From Planctomycetota bacterium (GTDB lineage Bacteria > Planctomycetota > GCA-002687715 > CAIWVZ01), in contig JBGANV010000003.1 in assembly GCA_044222185.1 (NCBI GenBank), positions 512,001 through 576,000 on the forward strand: a stretch of 64,000 nucleotides of DNA, in the 5' to 3' direction. This document shows positions 1 through 10,147 of the stretch, piece by piece (positions within the stretch are counted from its first letter, which is position 1; the number at the start of each line of letters is the position of its first letter). A program made the translations under genes and the position numbers. The notes below the pieces were generated by a model that was not told the origin of the DNA, ran no database searches, and worked only from the letters and a program-made list of their open reading frames with translations.

Positions 1-2
1 CC

Positions 3-143
3 GAACGGTACGCGGCGCTCGTCGACGGTCGCTCGCCTCTGCTGCAGCGCGTACCGCTCTACCACCTGGCGTCGTATCTCGGCGTCACGCCGGAGACGTT
101 GAGCCGGATCCGCGCCCGCCGCGCAACACGCGCTCGATCTTGA
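3..143 (+). CDS. Crp/Fnr-family transcriptional regulator, C-terminal part (5' truncated by window edge)
   Basis: Manual translation from nt 3: [62 protein letters not shown] is the Crp-type HTH signature. Confidence 0.9.
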   Translation, partial: ERYAALVDGRSPLLQRVPLYHLASYLGVTPETLSRIRARRATRARS

Positions 144-180
144 TCCGGATCAAGGCGACGTTCGGCGCCAGCCATAGAAT
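139..180 (+). promoter_or_regulatory. FNR-type box (TTGAT-N4-ATCAA) with downstream -10 hexamer TAGAAT
   Basis: Perfect palindrome CTTGATCCGGATCAAG at 139-154; TAGAAT at 175-180; ATG at 189. Confidence 0.8.
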
Positions 181-188
181 CGGCCCCC

Positions 189-1022
189 ATGTCGCTCAGA
201 TCCCTGCGTCTCCTCCCGCTCTTGGCGTTCATCGTCTTCCCGAACGGGCCGTCGCCCGTCGATGAACCGATCGAGCTGAAGCTGGAGCCCTACGCTGGCC
301 CACTGCGCACCCTCACGGCCGACGTGGGTGGCAAGACAGCAAAGATGATGTTCGACAGCGGCGGCGGATCCACGGTCTTCTCGCCGAGGCTCGCTGCGGC
401 CGCCCGCTCGACGGTGTTCGGTCGCGGAACGGGCTTTCGGCACGATGGCTCCCGCATCGATGGTCGCCGCGGAACTGCCGTGGCCTTGCGCTTCGGATCG
501 TTCACCCGCAATGACGAGGTCGGCGTCCTCGACCTCGATGCGATGCTTCGAGGTCTGCCGCCGCTCGACGGCATCGTGAGCCTCGAGACGTTCGCGGGCC
601 GCGCGTTGACCGTCGACCTGGCCCGCGATCGACTCACGATCGAGACGCCAGCGAGCCTCTCGTCACGGATTCGAGCCATGAAAGAGCTGCGCGTGCGCAT
701 CGCCCATCAGGCCGGCGGCGCCTCGCTCGATCTGTTCGTTGCCATCGAGGGTCGGCACGGTCCGCTATGGTTCGAGCTCGACTCCGGCAACACTCAAGGC
801 GTGCTCCTGGCGCCGCACTCTCTCACCGAGTTGGGGCTCGCTGAGAAACCCGTCGGCGCCACGCTCGACGTCAGCCTCCCGATTCGCGGCCTGGGCCAGG
901 TGCGCTGCAAAGCCAGCGTGAAGGAGTTGATCTACGACGGCTTGCTCGACTTCGGATTCCTGCAGCGTCACGTCGTCAGCCTCGATCTCGCGAACGGCCG
1001 CGGCTGGGCCGCGGCGAACTAG
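189..1022 (+). CDS. Secreted retropepsin-like (two-lobed) aspartyl protease
   Basis: N-terminal signal peptide; two catalytic motifs MFDSGG and ELDSGN; downstream DGIVS and DGLLD motifs. Confidence 0.8.
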   Translation: MSLRSLRLLPLLAFIVFPNGPSPVDEPIELKLEPYAGPLRTLTADVGGKTAKMMFDSGGGSTVFSPRLAAAARSTVFGRGTGFRHDGSRIDGRRGTAVALRFGSFTRNDEVGVLDLDAMLRGLPPLDGIVSLETFAGRALTVDLARDRLTIETPASLSSRIRAMKELRVRIAHQAGGASLDLFVAIEGRHGPLWFELDSGNTQGVLLAPHSLTELGLAEKPVGATLDVSLPIRGLGQVRCKASVKELIYDGLLDFGFLQRHVVSLDLANGRGWAAAN

Positions 1023-1412
1023 GCGCGAGTCACGTTCGCCAGCACCGATCCGGATCCATAGGCCCCCGGGCTCGATCCAAACGCGGCCAAATACCACCGG
1101 CATCGCGGTCGCAACGGGGACTTCGACGCGCCACGTCGGCTCGAGAGCGACCATCTCGACGACGGCGCAGTTCATCTCGCCGCGCACACTCGAAGGCCCG
1201 GTCGGCGACGGCATGACTCACGGAACTCTCGATGAGCCCCACGGCACCAGGGCGTCGCCAGTCCGTCCCGGCTCCCACTGCAGCCGACGCGTGTGATGCG
1301 ATGCGTGCGCCAACAGGAAATTCTCGATTCACCATGGCGGGTCTGAGGCGCCCCTTCCGAGATCCCAGACGAACGCCGTCGACTCAGTGTTCACGAATAT
1401 TGGAGAAGCCTC

Positions 1413-2372
1413 ATGTTGAATATCGCCATCGCCTGTCTCGTCGCTGCGCCGTTCCTGTCATGGCCGTCTCTCGACAACCCGACGAGGGCCTCGACTCCTC
1501 CGCCCGCAGTCCCCAAACGGGAGATCTCCGTCGTCGACAACGCCGACACCGGCTACATGGAAACCCAGGGTAGCTGGTTCGTCAGCGCACTGCCTGGGCT
1601 CGTCGGCGACTCTCGATACTCAACGAGCGCCAACGCCGTCGCCAGGTTTTCGTTCGGCCCGAGAACCGGCGTATTCGAGATCTCCGCAAGCTGGCCGAGC
1701 CATTCCAACAGCAGCAAGGCGCTCTACCTGGTCGAATGTGGCGGGACCCTGGTCGGCTCGGCGATTCGGAACCAAGCGAACGCTGGCGGCGACTACGTCT
1801 CGCTGGGCACCGTGGTGGCGACGGGGGGTGAACTCGTCGTCACGGTCTCTCAGGCTCCCGGCGGGGCCGGTGCGCTTCGTACCGATGTCATGAAGATCTC
1901 CGACGTTTCAGCGCGCGACGTCGACGTCACGGCGATCATCGGTGCAGGCGTACCGGGCGCTCCGGCAACCCTTGCCACGTATCTGCTGGTGTCGAACACG
2001 CATTCGACGGCGACCGTCACGGTCGAGGTGTCAGTATTCACCCCCGGCGGCACGCTTCGTCACGAGTCAGACGGCGGAGCGGCCGGGAACATTCGCGACG
2101 GCGGCTCGCCCGGCGCCACGTTCCAGGAGGCTGGGCCGGCGGATCCGTTCACATTCACCGTGACGATCTCGCCGAAAGCCACGGCACAGATCGACTTCTA
2201 TGGCGCGCCATCCGGCGACCTCGGAAACGGCCTCTGCCACATTCACTACGCAAGCCCGAACGGGGCTGCCGTGCTGGTCGGGGAGGTTCGCAGACAATTC
2301 AGCACGACCGTGAGCGGCGGAACGTGCAACGGCATTGCAAGCCAGCCGATCCTGGGCGGCGCAACCTTCTGA
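1413..2372 (+). CDS. Secreted protein with golvesin/xanthan-lyase CBM-like domain plus a second beta domain
   Basis: Signal peptide; VVDNAD..G.W..S and G.FEISASW..HSN pattern with YVSLGT, typical of golvesin C-terminal-like domains. Confidence 0.65.
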   Translation: MLNIAIACLVAAPFLSWPSLDNPTRASTPPPAVPKREISVVDNADTGYMETQGSWFVSALPGLVGDSRYSTSANAVARFSFGPRTGVFEISASWPSHSNSSKALYLVECGGTLVGSAIRNQANAGGDYVSLGTVVATGGELVVTVSQAPGGAGALRTDVMKISDVSARDVDVTAIIGAGVPGAPATLATYLLVSNTHSTATVTVEVSVFTPGGTLRHESDGGAAGNIRDGGSPGATFQEAGPADPFTFTVTISPKATAQIDFYGAPSGDLGNGLCHIHYASPNGAAVLVGEVRRQFSTTVSGGTCNGIASQPILGGATF

Positions 2373-2514
2373 CTGCATAGGCTCCCATGATCGACGCCAT
2401 CGACGGTCGACAGGCGCGGTCGCTCCCAGGCGGCCGCTGCGAGGAGACGTGGTTGTTGCCATGGGGAGCTGGCGCGTTGCCCGCCATGAACCTTCGGACT
2501 ACGATCGCGCTCGG

Positions 2515-3048
2515 ATGAACTCGACGTACAACGAGGCAGTCGACGACCGCGAGTGGTTCGTGCGGCTTCATTCCGAAGCGCGACGCCTCGCGCGAGCCGC
2601 CTTGCGCGGAATGCCACCCGAGTTCTCACTCCGGACCGACGACATCGTCCATGAGGCGTTCTTGAAACTCCTGCGTGGAGGCGTGGACGCCCCTCGCGAT
2701 CCGGGACACGCCGTTGCGCTGATCGGCCAGGCGGTGAGGTTCGCCGTCACCGACCACGTGCGAAGCCGCAACGCCGTCCGACGAAGTGCCGAGCGTACTG
2801 CGACCGCACCGGACGAGCTCCAGGCAGTCGACGGCGCTCACGACACCGACCTGCTCGACATCGACGCCCTGCTCGAGGAGTTGGCAGCCGACCCTCAAAC
2901 CGAGTCGACCGCACGCGCCTTCGTCCTGCGGTTCTACGTCGGGTTGTCCGAAGCCGAGACCGCCCTCGCGCTTGGGGTATCCGTACGGACGGCCGAGCGT
3001 AAGATCAGGTTCGCCCGAGGATGGCTACACCGACGCCTGAACCGATAG
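2515..3048 (+). CDS. ECF sigma factor, kinase-associated planctomycete type (TIGR02999-like); alternative start 2461
   Basis: LRTDDIVHEAFLKL (sigma2) and LRFYVGLSEAETALALGVSVRTAERKIRFARGWL (sigma4); overlaps the kinase gene. Confidence 0.9.
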   Translation: MNSTYNEAVDDREWFVRLHSEARRLARAALRGMPPEFSLRTDDIVHEAFLKLLRGGVDAPRDPGHAVALIGQAVRFAVTDHVRSRNAVRRSAERTATAPDELQAVDGAHDTDLLDIDALLEELAADPQTESTARAFVLRFYVGLSEAETALALGVSVRTAERKIRFARGWLHRRLNR

Positions 3049-5706
3049 ACGCATCCGATCGCACAAGCCGCGACGCGGAGATCCTGGCGCGCGCCGCCCT
3101 GCACGTCCCAACGGCTGGGCTCGCCGACTTCCTCGACGACTGCTGCGGCGCCGATCGCCGACTTCGCATCGCGGTGGATCGGATGTTGGACGCGATCAGG
3201 GCTGCGGAGTCAGACCCCGAGGACGTCAGCGTCAGATTCCGCGCCGAAGATGCTCGCGCAACGGTCGCATCCGACGACATCCGATTTCGCGGAGGCTCGT
3301 TCGGCCCCTATCGACTCCTGCGCCGCATTGGAGAGGGCGGAAGCGGCGTGGTCTTCGAGTCCGTTGGCCCCAAGGGTTCTGTCGCGATCAAGATTCTTAG
3401 ACAGGGCTCCGGCGACAACGCCCGCGGCGAACGCCGCATTCGCCGGGAAATCAACCTTCTGCGTCGGCTAAGCCACCCGGGCATCGCGTCCTACTGCGAC
3501 CATGGCCGTACGCAGCCGGGTGAGGGTTCCGAGCTCTATGTGGCCGTCGAGCTCGTCGCCGGTTCGCCATTGACCGAGTACGCCCACCGCTGCGGGCTGG
3601 ACGACGCGAGACGGGTCGAACTGATCGAGCAGGCGTGTGCGGCCCTCGGATACGCACACGCGAAAGGCGTCGTACACCGCGACCTCAAGCCTGCGAACCT
3701 GCTCGTCGACACGAGTGGGCGGCTGAAAGTGATCGACTTCGGGGTTGCCGCCGCAGAGCCCGAACGCTTCGACTCGAGCCAAACGAGCGCGGGGCGATCG
3801 TTCGTCGGCACCGTCGCCTACGCTGCCCCTGAGCAGGTGTCCGGGCGACGCGTCGACGGTCGAGCCGACATCTACTCCCTGGGCGTCGTGCTCTTCGAAC
3901 TCCTGACCGGAACGACCCCATATCACCTGAAGGACGGAGGGCTGTTCGATCTCGTCGACGCCGTGCGATCGCACCGAACGAAGCGACTCGCCGACCTTCG
4001 ACCCGACATTTCGCCCGATCTCGAAGCGATCACGGAGCATGCGCTCGACCCTGACCGAGAGCGGCGCTACCGAGATTGCGCTGAACTCGCGGCCGATCTT
4101 CAGCGGTTCCGCGAGCGCAAGCCCGTCTCCGTCCGCAGTCCGGGGCTCAACGATCTGCTCCGACGCGAGGTAAGACGGCGACCCGTCGTCACCGCCGCCG
4201 TGATCGCGGTCGTACTGGCGGTCGCTGGGGCCGGCGTCCTGGTCTACTCCACGGCACGAAGAGAGGCTGATCTCGCCGCGTCCACGCTCGAGAGCGTCGC
4301 TTGCCAGCTCACACAAATTGCCGAAGCACGCGACCAGGGGTTTCCCCCAACTGCCCAACTGCAACTGTTGAGCGCGGCGGAGGCGGCTCTCAATTCGATC
4401 GCGCGTGTCAGGCCGGCCGACGGGCTCTTCCTGCGCACGCACGCAAAGGTCGCGCGACTTCAGGGTGAGGCCAGTCTGTCTCTGGATGACTTCGTCGATG
4501 CGTCGACCCGTTTTCGCGTCGCGTCCGCCGACCATGAGTCCCTGAAGGCACACTTCGACTCAACGCAGGACGACCGGCTCGATGCGATCGTGATCATGGT
4601 GAAGCTGGGTGAGGTAGCGAAGGCCCAGCACGACGCGTCGACATGCGAAGCCTTGTTCGCGGAGGCACTCAAACTCAACGAGGCCGAGGCGAGAAACGAC
4701 CCCACACCGCGTGCTCTCGACGATCTGGCCTCGAGCTACGATCGCTGCGCATTCATGGCTGCACAGGAGCACGGTGACTGGCGAAACGCGGAGAGGCTGT
4801 ATCGGCGCATGAAGGAGGTCGCCGACACCCTCGGCACGATCGCGCCCGAGAGGTTGACCGGACTGCGCGCGAAATTCGACGCTCGTCGGCATCTCCTCGG
4901 ACTGGCTGAGGCGACGAAGGACGACGAACTCTCGCAATCGCTGGTGGCCGAGCTCGGCCCGTTGGTGGCCGAGCTCATGAGGCGTGAGCCGGACGGTCTC
5001 GACCACCTGGAAAGCGCGATGTCCGTCGAGCGCAGTCGTGCGCGGCTGCGCGCCATCGCGTGGCGGAAGGACGGGGGGGGCTCCACTCGTGCCGTCGGCG
5101 GACGAAGCGGATCTCGAGCGCCGCCACGTCGAGATCTGCGCACGCGCGCGACGCTCGGCTTCGCGTGATCCGATCCGTGAACGAGCCCATCGAATGGCCC
5201 TGGTCCTCGCCCGCACCGCGGAGTACCGCGACGACCACGCGACGTCGCGAAACCGCCTCGCCGTCGCCGTCGAGTTTGCAGAACGGTCGAAGCCGAATAG
5301 CCACGGAGCACCGGCTCCGTTCGACCTGGATCTCTTCGCCGCGTCGCTTCAAGCGGGCACCAATGGTGAGTCACCGACCTCCGAGTCGTCGGAGCCAGAT
5401 CGTGACCTCTTCCTTGGAGTCGAAGCGAAGAGCGTCGCAGTGGCCTCCCCAGCCGTGATCTGGTTCCTGTGCAACGACCCTCGCGCGGCCGATTCGTCCA
5501 ACTTCCGTCGGGCTTTCGAGGCCCTGAAGGCCGAGTTCCTGGCGGGACGCGGCAGCTCTCCCGACCACCTCGTGCCGCTGGTGATCGCGGCTCGAATCTG
5601 TGGCGACGCAACCACCGCTCGCGATGCGGCCGACGCGGCACTGAGGCTTCTCCCTGCACGGCGATCACCACTGCGAACAGAAATCGAGCGCATAGCTCGC
5701 GGGTAG
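3021..5706 (+). CDS. Membrane Ser/Thr protein kinase with helical/TPR-like C-terminus; apparent frameshift at G8 tract 5073-5080
   Basis: IGEGGSG, VAIK, HRDLKPAN, DFG and GTVAYAAPEQ motifs plus one TM helix. ORF 3021-5168 becomes non-protein-like after the G8 run, while frame 4984-5706 continues with helical protein-like sequence. Confidence 0.85.
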
Positions 5707-6343
5707 GACGCGGGCACGCGCAGGTCGATGGTCAACGCCGCCACAGAGAGCCCATCACCCGCCAGACGGAAGGTGCGACACCAAGGGGGCCATCGCTGTG
5801 TGGCTGGGGGTAGGACCCGGACGCCGCCGAACCGCGTCTGTCGGGCCGGCGCGAGCCCCCTCGATGGCGAACGATGCCGACCTCGGGCGGACTCTCTTGC
5901 CCTGCTGCGTCGCTCCCGCGCCGCTGAGGCCATGCTCGACACGTGGATCGTGGCGTCGGAGGCCGGAGGGTCCGACCGTAAACGGCCACGGCAGCACCAC
6001 CACCGCCCACCGCGCGGACGCCTCGCGCCGACGAGCGCAATGTGCAGATGGAGAGGCGGAGGATCATGGAGACACGGAGGCAGATCCTCGTCGGGGTCCG
6101 CCCGAGGATCCCGCCCGTCACCACAGCGGATCGCGTGGGGTAACGGCAAGCTAACCGTACTGCGGGACCTCGACGGCGCGAGCAGCCTCTGGGGTCCGCC
6201 CGCGGAGCGCGGGCTCGGCGCGCCGCCGGGAACGGGCGTGCTGGCCCGCGATGCAGGAATGCTCAATCCAGCGGCAGCGAGGCGGCAGCCTGGCGGTCCG
6301 TCAACCCACAACCTGGGCGACTGTCCGCTCACACCGACCAGGA

Positions 6344-6688
6344 CTAGTCGAGCGCGTCCAAGCGAATGCCGTCGCCCACGGGGAGGATCGGGAGTCGACA
6401 CGGCGCCGTCCGCCGGCGTTTATGGTCACGGACCAGCTGATCGCAGCGATGGACTGGCACGAATGCAAGCGAGGACGTTGGCGGCGGGTCGGACAGTAAG
6501 ACCTGTATTGATGCGGGGGCATCAGGATCAGGTGCTGAGGCGTAGATCTCGACGATTGCCGGAGTCACCACGCCGGTGTCGCGACCTTCGACGTAGATGC
6601 GGGCAACCGCCCGCTCGGACTGCACCGGAACCCACGTCGCAGAGGCGCAACCCTCTATGAGGAGAGACGCTCCGAGCGCTGCGGCCAT
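6344..6688 (-). CDS. Possible small PEGA-like (lipo)protein or remnant
   Basis: Hydrophobic leader ending LIEGC, then VQSERAVARIYVEGRDTGVVTP, resembling the PEGA pattern S.P.GA.V.VDG..G.TP. Confidence 0.3.
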   Translation of the reverse strand: MAAALGASLLIEGCASATWVPVQSERAVARIYVEGRDTGVVTPAIVEIYASAPDPDAPASIQVLLSDPPPTSSLAFVPVHRCDQLVRDHKRRRTAPCRLPILPVGDGIRLDALD

Positions 6689-7109
6689 CAACGGCACCGG
6701 CCAGTACTGGGATGTGCGACGCCCGGACGTCGGCGTGATCCTATCGCGGCGCCAGAACGCGATGCGAGGCCCTGCCGCCGAAAGCCGACGGCACATCCTC
6801 GGCAAGACTGAGACGGGGACGCGAGGCCCTCGTGAATCCGAGGAACCTCGTTCGCTAGTCGTGTGGGCATCGCGCTCCCCCCGAGAGCTCCGGCACCCGC
6901 GCGAACGTCGAGCCTCGCTTCGAAACTCGAACACGCACACGCCGATTTCGTCTAGACTGCCGCCATCGGTGCCGGGCTTCCCGATCGTTGGGTGCACCAC
7001 CCACAGGCCGGCGTTCACGAGGACCTTCGGTCGAGTTCCTCAGCAGGCGGTCGACCCCGCTTGGATGTAGCGGCGCATGGCTATTTGCGGATCGCAGGGA
7101 GACACTCCT

Positions 7110-7357
7110 ATGTCACGAATCCGATGGGTCCCCAATTCAAGGTATCGCAGGCACGCTTTCCGGACGGCGGCGTTCGTCGCGTCCAGCGGACACGCGCCAT
7201 CCTGGGTCGTGTCGCCACGACTTGCCGCCGCTCTGGGCAGGGCTTGGCTCATCGGATTGGGTCTCTGCGCCGCCGCGCCGGCCCAAGCCGGCATCGCCGC
7301 CTGGGGGAGCAATTTCAATGGACAATGCAACGTGCCCGCGCTTCCTGGGTTGGCTTA
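7110..7357 (+). pseudogene. 5' remnant of a secreted RCC1-repeat protein, interrupted by an IS
   Basis: Signal-like ...LGLCAAAPAQA followed by GIAAWGSNFNGQCNVPALPGLAY, an RCC1-like repeat, cut exactly at the IS end. Confidence 0.7.
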
Positions 7358-8740
7358 TCAGCCCGTTGCAGAACCCCGCCGCCCCGAGCGCCAATGTCGT
7401 CGGAATCGAATTTCGGTGCCGGTTCGGCTGATCGTCGCGGGCCGCTGAGGCAATCGCTGTCGCTGATAGCCGCGCGTCCAGTGTCGAATAGCGAGCGCGA
7501 GCAGGCGCGAGAGCGCCCCGAGGGCCTCGGCGAGGCCTTTCGGCGTACCGAACCCGCACAACTTCCTCATCACCAACCCGAGGTTGAACGCGCTGACCTG
7601 CAGGAGGTAGCGCTTTTCGTTGTTCTCCCGACCCCGCAGGTGTGTGCGCCTCAGCCCACCAGTGTCGAGCAGATGAGCGAACGACCGTTCGACCATTTTC
7701 CCGCGCTTGCGCAGCAACCGTTTGCCGTGGTCGCTCCGGATCCGCCGCCGGTTCTGCTGCCAGCTCCGATGCGCGATCTGCGGTTTCGAGACCCATCGGC
7801 GCTTCCCGCGAACGATCGGCTCGGCGATGCACGTCTTGATGCCCGCCGTCGCGCAACCGGCAATCACCGATTCGGAGTGGTATCCCTTGTCGGCGATGAC
7901 GGTGAAGTTCTCGCTCGGGATCTCCAGTTCATCGAAGGTCGCAACCACCGAGGTCAGCGTTGCAACCGAGGTGGCGTGGTCAGATTCATCGGCTGCGTTC
8001 ACCGTGGCGGCGACGATCGCGCCGGTTTCCACATCGCGCATGTTCCGCTTGTATGCCAAGTGCGTGCGACCGTCTTTCGTGCGGGCGATCTTCGCGTCTG
8101 GATCGATCGGAGACTTCAATCCTTGTTCGAGGTCGACCGGTCCTCGCGCTTGCGGTCGAAACGGGCGACGTCTTCGCGCGTCGGCGCGGGCTCGCCCGCT
8201 TCTTCGTAGGCGCTCCACGTATCCGGCATAGCTCTCGTTCGTGTCGCGGCGGACGATCGTGCGCATCGCCGCGTTGGCGTCCATCGTGCTCGCATCGAGC
8301 GCCAGCGCGCGGCCCTTCAGAAGATTGGACTTCTTCAGGATCTCGAGGACGAGCCTGTTCACCGCGCGGAAGACCTCGATCGGGAGGCGCCGCCGCACGA
8401 TCGACAACGAACTGTGATCCGGCGCCGCGTCCGCGGGGCCCAGCCCGATGAACGACTTCAGCGACAGCGAGTCGTCGAATCGCCAGGCCAGGCCGCGCTC
8501 CGAACTGATGCACTCGAAGTACCCGACCATGACCATGCGGAAGTAGCGCCCAGGAGGGATCGAGGGGCGGCCGTTCTTGTTTGCGTAGTGCTTCTCGCAG
8601 AGCGTCTCGACCTTCGCATCGAAGTCATTCGCCGCGAGAATCTCGTTCAGCTTGCCGAAGAACGGATGGCTCGGCGTCTTGATCTCGCTCGTCGCCACCC
8701 ACAGATCCCCTTGCCGCGGCCCCATGCGTCCCATCGACAT
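7358..8740 (-). CDS. DDE transposase (DUF772 + DDE), with compensating internal frameshifts
   Basis: GRPSIPP, SERGL, PDHSSLS, ALDAST, DPDAK, IADKGY and VERSFAH motifs. Two short segments (about 8040-8050 and 8115-8210) read better in alternative frames. Confidence 0.9.
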   Translation of the reverse strand: MSMGRMGPRQGDLWVATSEIKTPSHPFFGKLNEILAANDFDAKVETLCEKHYANKNGRPSIPPGRYFRMVMVGYFECISSERGLAWRFDDSLSLKSFIGLGPADAAPDHSSLSIVRRRLPIEVFRAVNRLVLEILKKSNLLKGRALALDASTMDANAAMRTIVRRDTNESYAGYVERLRRSGRARADARRRRPFRPQARGPVDLEQGLKSPIDPDAKIARTKDGRTHLAYKRNMRDVETGAIVAATVNAADESDHATSVATLTSVVATFDELEIPSENFTVIADKGYHSESVIAGCATAGIKTCIAEPIVRGKRRWVSKPQIAHRSWQQNRRRIRSDHGKRLLRKRGKMVERSFAHLLDTGGLRRTHLRGRENNEKRYLLQVSAFNLGLVMRKLCGFGTPKGLAEALGALSRLLALAIRHWTRGYQRQRLPQRPATISRTGTEIRFRRHWRSGRRGSATG

Positions 8741-8814
8741 GCGCTTCTCCTCAACGAGTCGCATCGATCACGGTCGAGATCGCTGGGGACTTCGCGAGTT
8801 TTTCAACGGGCTGC
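7358..8814 (-). mobile_element. IS1182/IS5-like insertion sequence (~1.46 kb)
   Basis: Inverted repeats CAGCCCGTTGCAGAA (7359-7373) and TTTTTCAACGGGCTG (8799-8813), flanked by TA at 7356-57 and 8815-16; encloses a transposase. Confidence 0.9.
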
Positions 8815-9250
8815 TACGGGATAAGGCGACACCGAGTCTTACGAGGGAGCGACGGGTTCCAGCTCGGGACGAGCTGGTGCAGTGGCGCCAGCTCCGCGGT
8901 CTGTGTATGTGACTTCGGCGCGGCGTGGCCTGGCGCAGCCCCAACCTCGCTCTCGTGTGGCTCCGCGGCTCCCCCCCAAGGTGTCTGGCGCGACGAGCAT
9001 CGTGCGTTAATGGCGAGCGACAACGGGCTCCGAGAAGCCGGGCTGCGCACAACGAAGCCATGGGCGATCAGGGGGACGGCGATCCCGCTCTGGTAGGCCG
9101 TGGGCAGGACGGCGGCGATGCGACCGTCGCAAAGCTGGACGGCCTCGGCGCGCGAGAGTCACCCCGAACCGATGATGCGATCCGCTGCAGGACGATCGCC
9201 CCGCCTGACTGCCCGGCGTAGCGCCCCCGCTGGCGCAACTCTCGTCCCTG

Positions 9251-9288
9251 AAATGAGAAAGCCCTTCGACGCGGTCGTCGAAGGGCTT
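9251..9288 (-). terminator. Intrinsic terminator downstream of tRNA-Pro
   Basis: 12-bp stem AAGCCCTTCGAC / GTCGAAGGGCTT (9259-9288), followed on the minus strand by TCTCATTT. Confidence 0.7.
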
Positions 9289-9302
9289 CTTTCGAACCGT
9301 AG

Positions 9303-9376
9303 TCGGGGTGAGAGGATTTGAACCTCCGGCCTCTTCGTCCCGAACGAAGCGCTCTACCAGGCTGAGCCACACCCCG
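9303..9376 (-). tRNA. tRNA-Pro (anticodon CGG); CCA not encoded
   Basis: Reverse complement is CGGGGTGTGGCTCAGCCTGGTAGAGCGCTTCGTTCGGGACGAAGAGGCCGGAGGTTCAAATCCTCTCACCCCGA, which folds as a cloverleaf with a GTTCAAA T-loop; followed by CTA. Confidence 0.97.
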
Positions 9377-9547
9377 AAGAACTGGCTGCGCGGGACAGAT
9401 CGGCCTGCGCAGGGCCCGGAGTTTACGCAGGCCGCGAGCGAATTCAAAGCGCACGCGGCCAGGATGAAACCGGGCGGAGAAAACTGGCGCCGGGGGGCGG
9501 AACCGCCGAGACGTCGGGGATCCGCGCGGCGCCGCGCGAAACGAGTC

Positions 9548-10147
9548 TCAGAGCGCCTTGCCGTGCTCTTTGAGGAAGTTCGAGATGCCGGCGGAATTCG
9601 CCTTCATCGCGGCCTTTCCCTTGTTCCAGCCAGCCGGGCAAACTTCGCCGTTCGCCTCGAAGTGCTGGAGCGAATCCACCATGCGCAGCGCCTCATCGAT
9701 GTTGCGACCGAGCGGCAGGTCGTTGACGACCTGGTGCTTGACCATCCCGTTCTTGTCGATGAGGAACGTGCCGCGGAGCGCGATTCCGGCCTCGAGCAGG
9801 ACGTCGTAGTCGCGGGAGATGCTCTTCGTGATGTCGGAAACCATCGGGTAGCCGAGGTTGCCCACGCCACCCCTCTCCTCCGGCGTCTGCTTCCACGCGA
9901 GGTGCGAGAACTTGCTGTCGACGCTGACGGCGACGACCTCGCAGTTCCGCTTGCGGAACTCTTCCAGGCGGTGATTGAACGCCACGAGTTCCGTCGGGCA
10001 GACGAAGGTGAAATCCAGCGGGTAGAAGAAGAGGACCACGTACTTGCCGCGGAGGTCCGAGAGCTTGAACTTGTCGTTGAACGAGTTGTCGCCCATGACC
10101 GCGGGAGCCGTGAAGTCCGGTGCTTGCTTGCCGACGAGAACGCTCAT
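9548..10147 (-). CDS. ahpC: 2-Cys peroxiredoxin (AhpC/TsaA)
   Basis: [13 protein letters not shown] and GEVCPAGW motifs; start MSVLVGK with upstream CAGGAG. Confidence 0.96.
   Translation of the reverse strand: MSVLVGKQAPDFTAPAVMGDNSFNDKFKLSDLRGKYVVLFFYPLDFTFVCPTELVAFNHRLEEFRKRNCEVVAVSVDSKFSHLAWKQTPEERGGVGNLGYPMVSDITKSISRDYDVLLEAGIALRGTFLIDKNGMVKHQVVNDLPLGRNIDEALRMVDSLQHFEANGEVCPAGWNKGKAAMKANSAGISNFLKEHGKAL

Noticed and set aside
1023-1412. Small ORFs between the protease and the golvesin-like gene
   Set aside because: No recognisable motif or consistent coding signal; possibly a remnant.
5728-6660. 310-aa plus-strand ORF and overlapping minus-strand ORFs
   Set aside because: Arg-rich low-complexity translations without RBS or family features.
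9300-9302. tRNA followed by CTA instead of CCA
   Set aside because: Non-encoded CCA is common in bacteria and is not evidence of damage.
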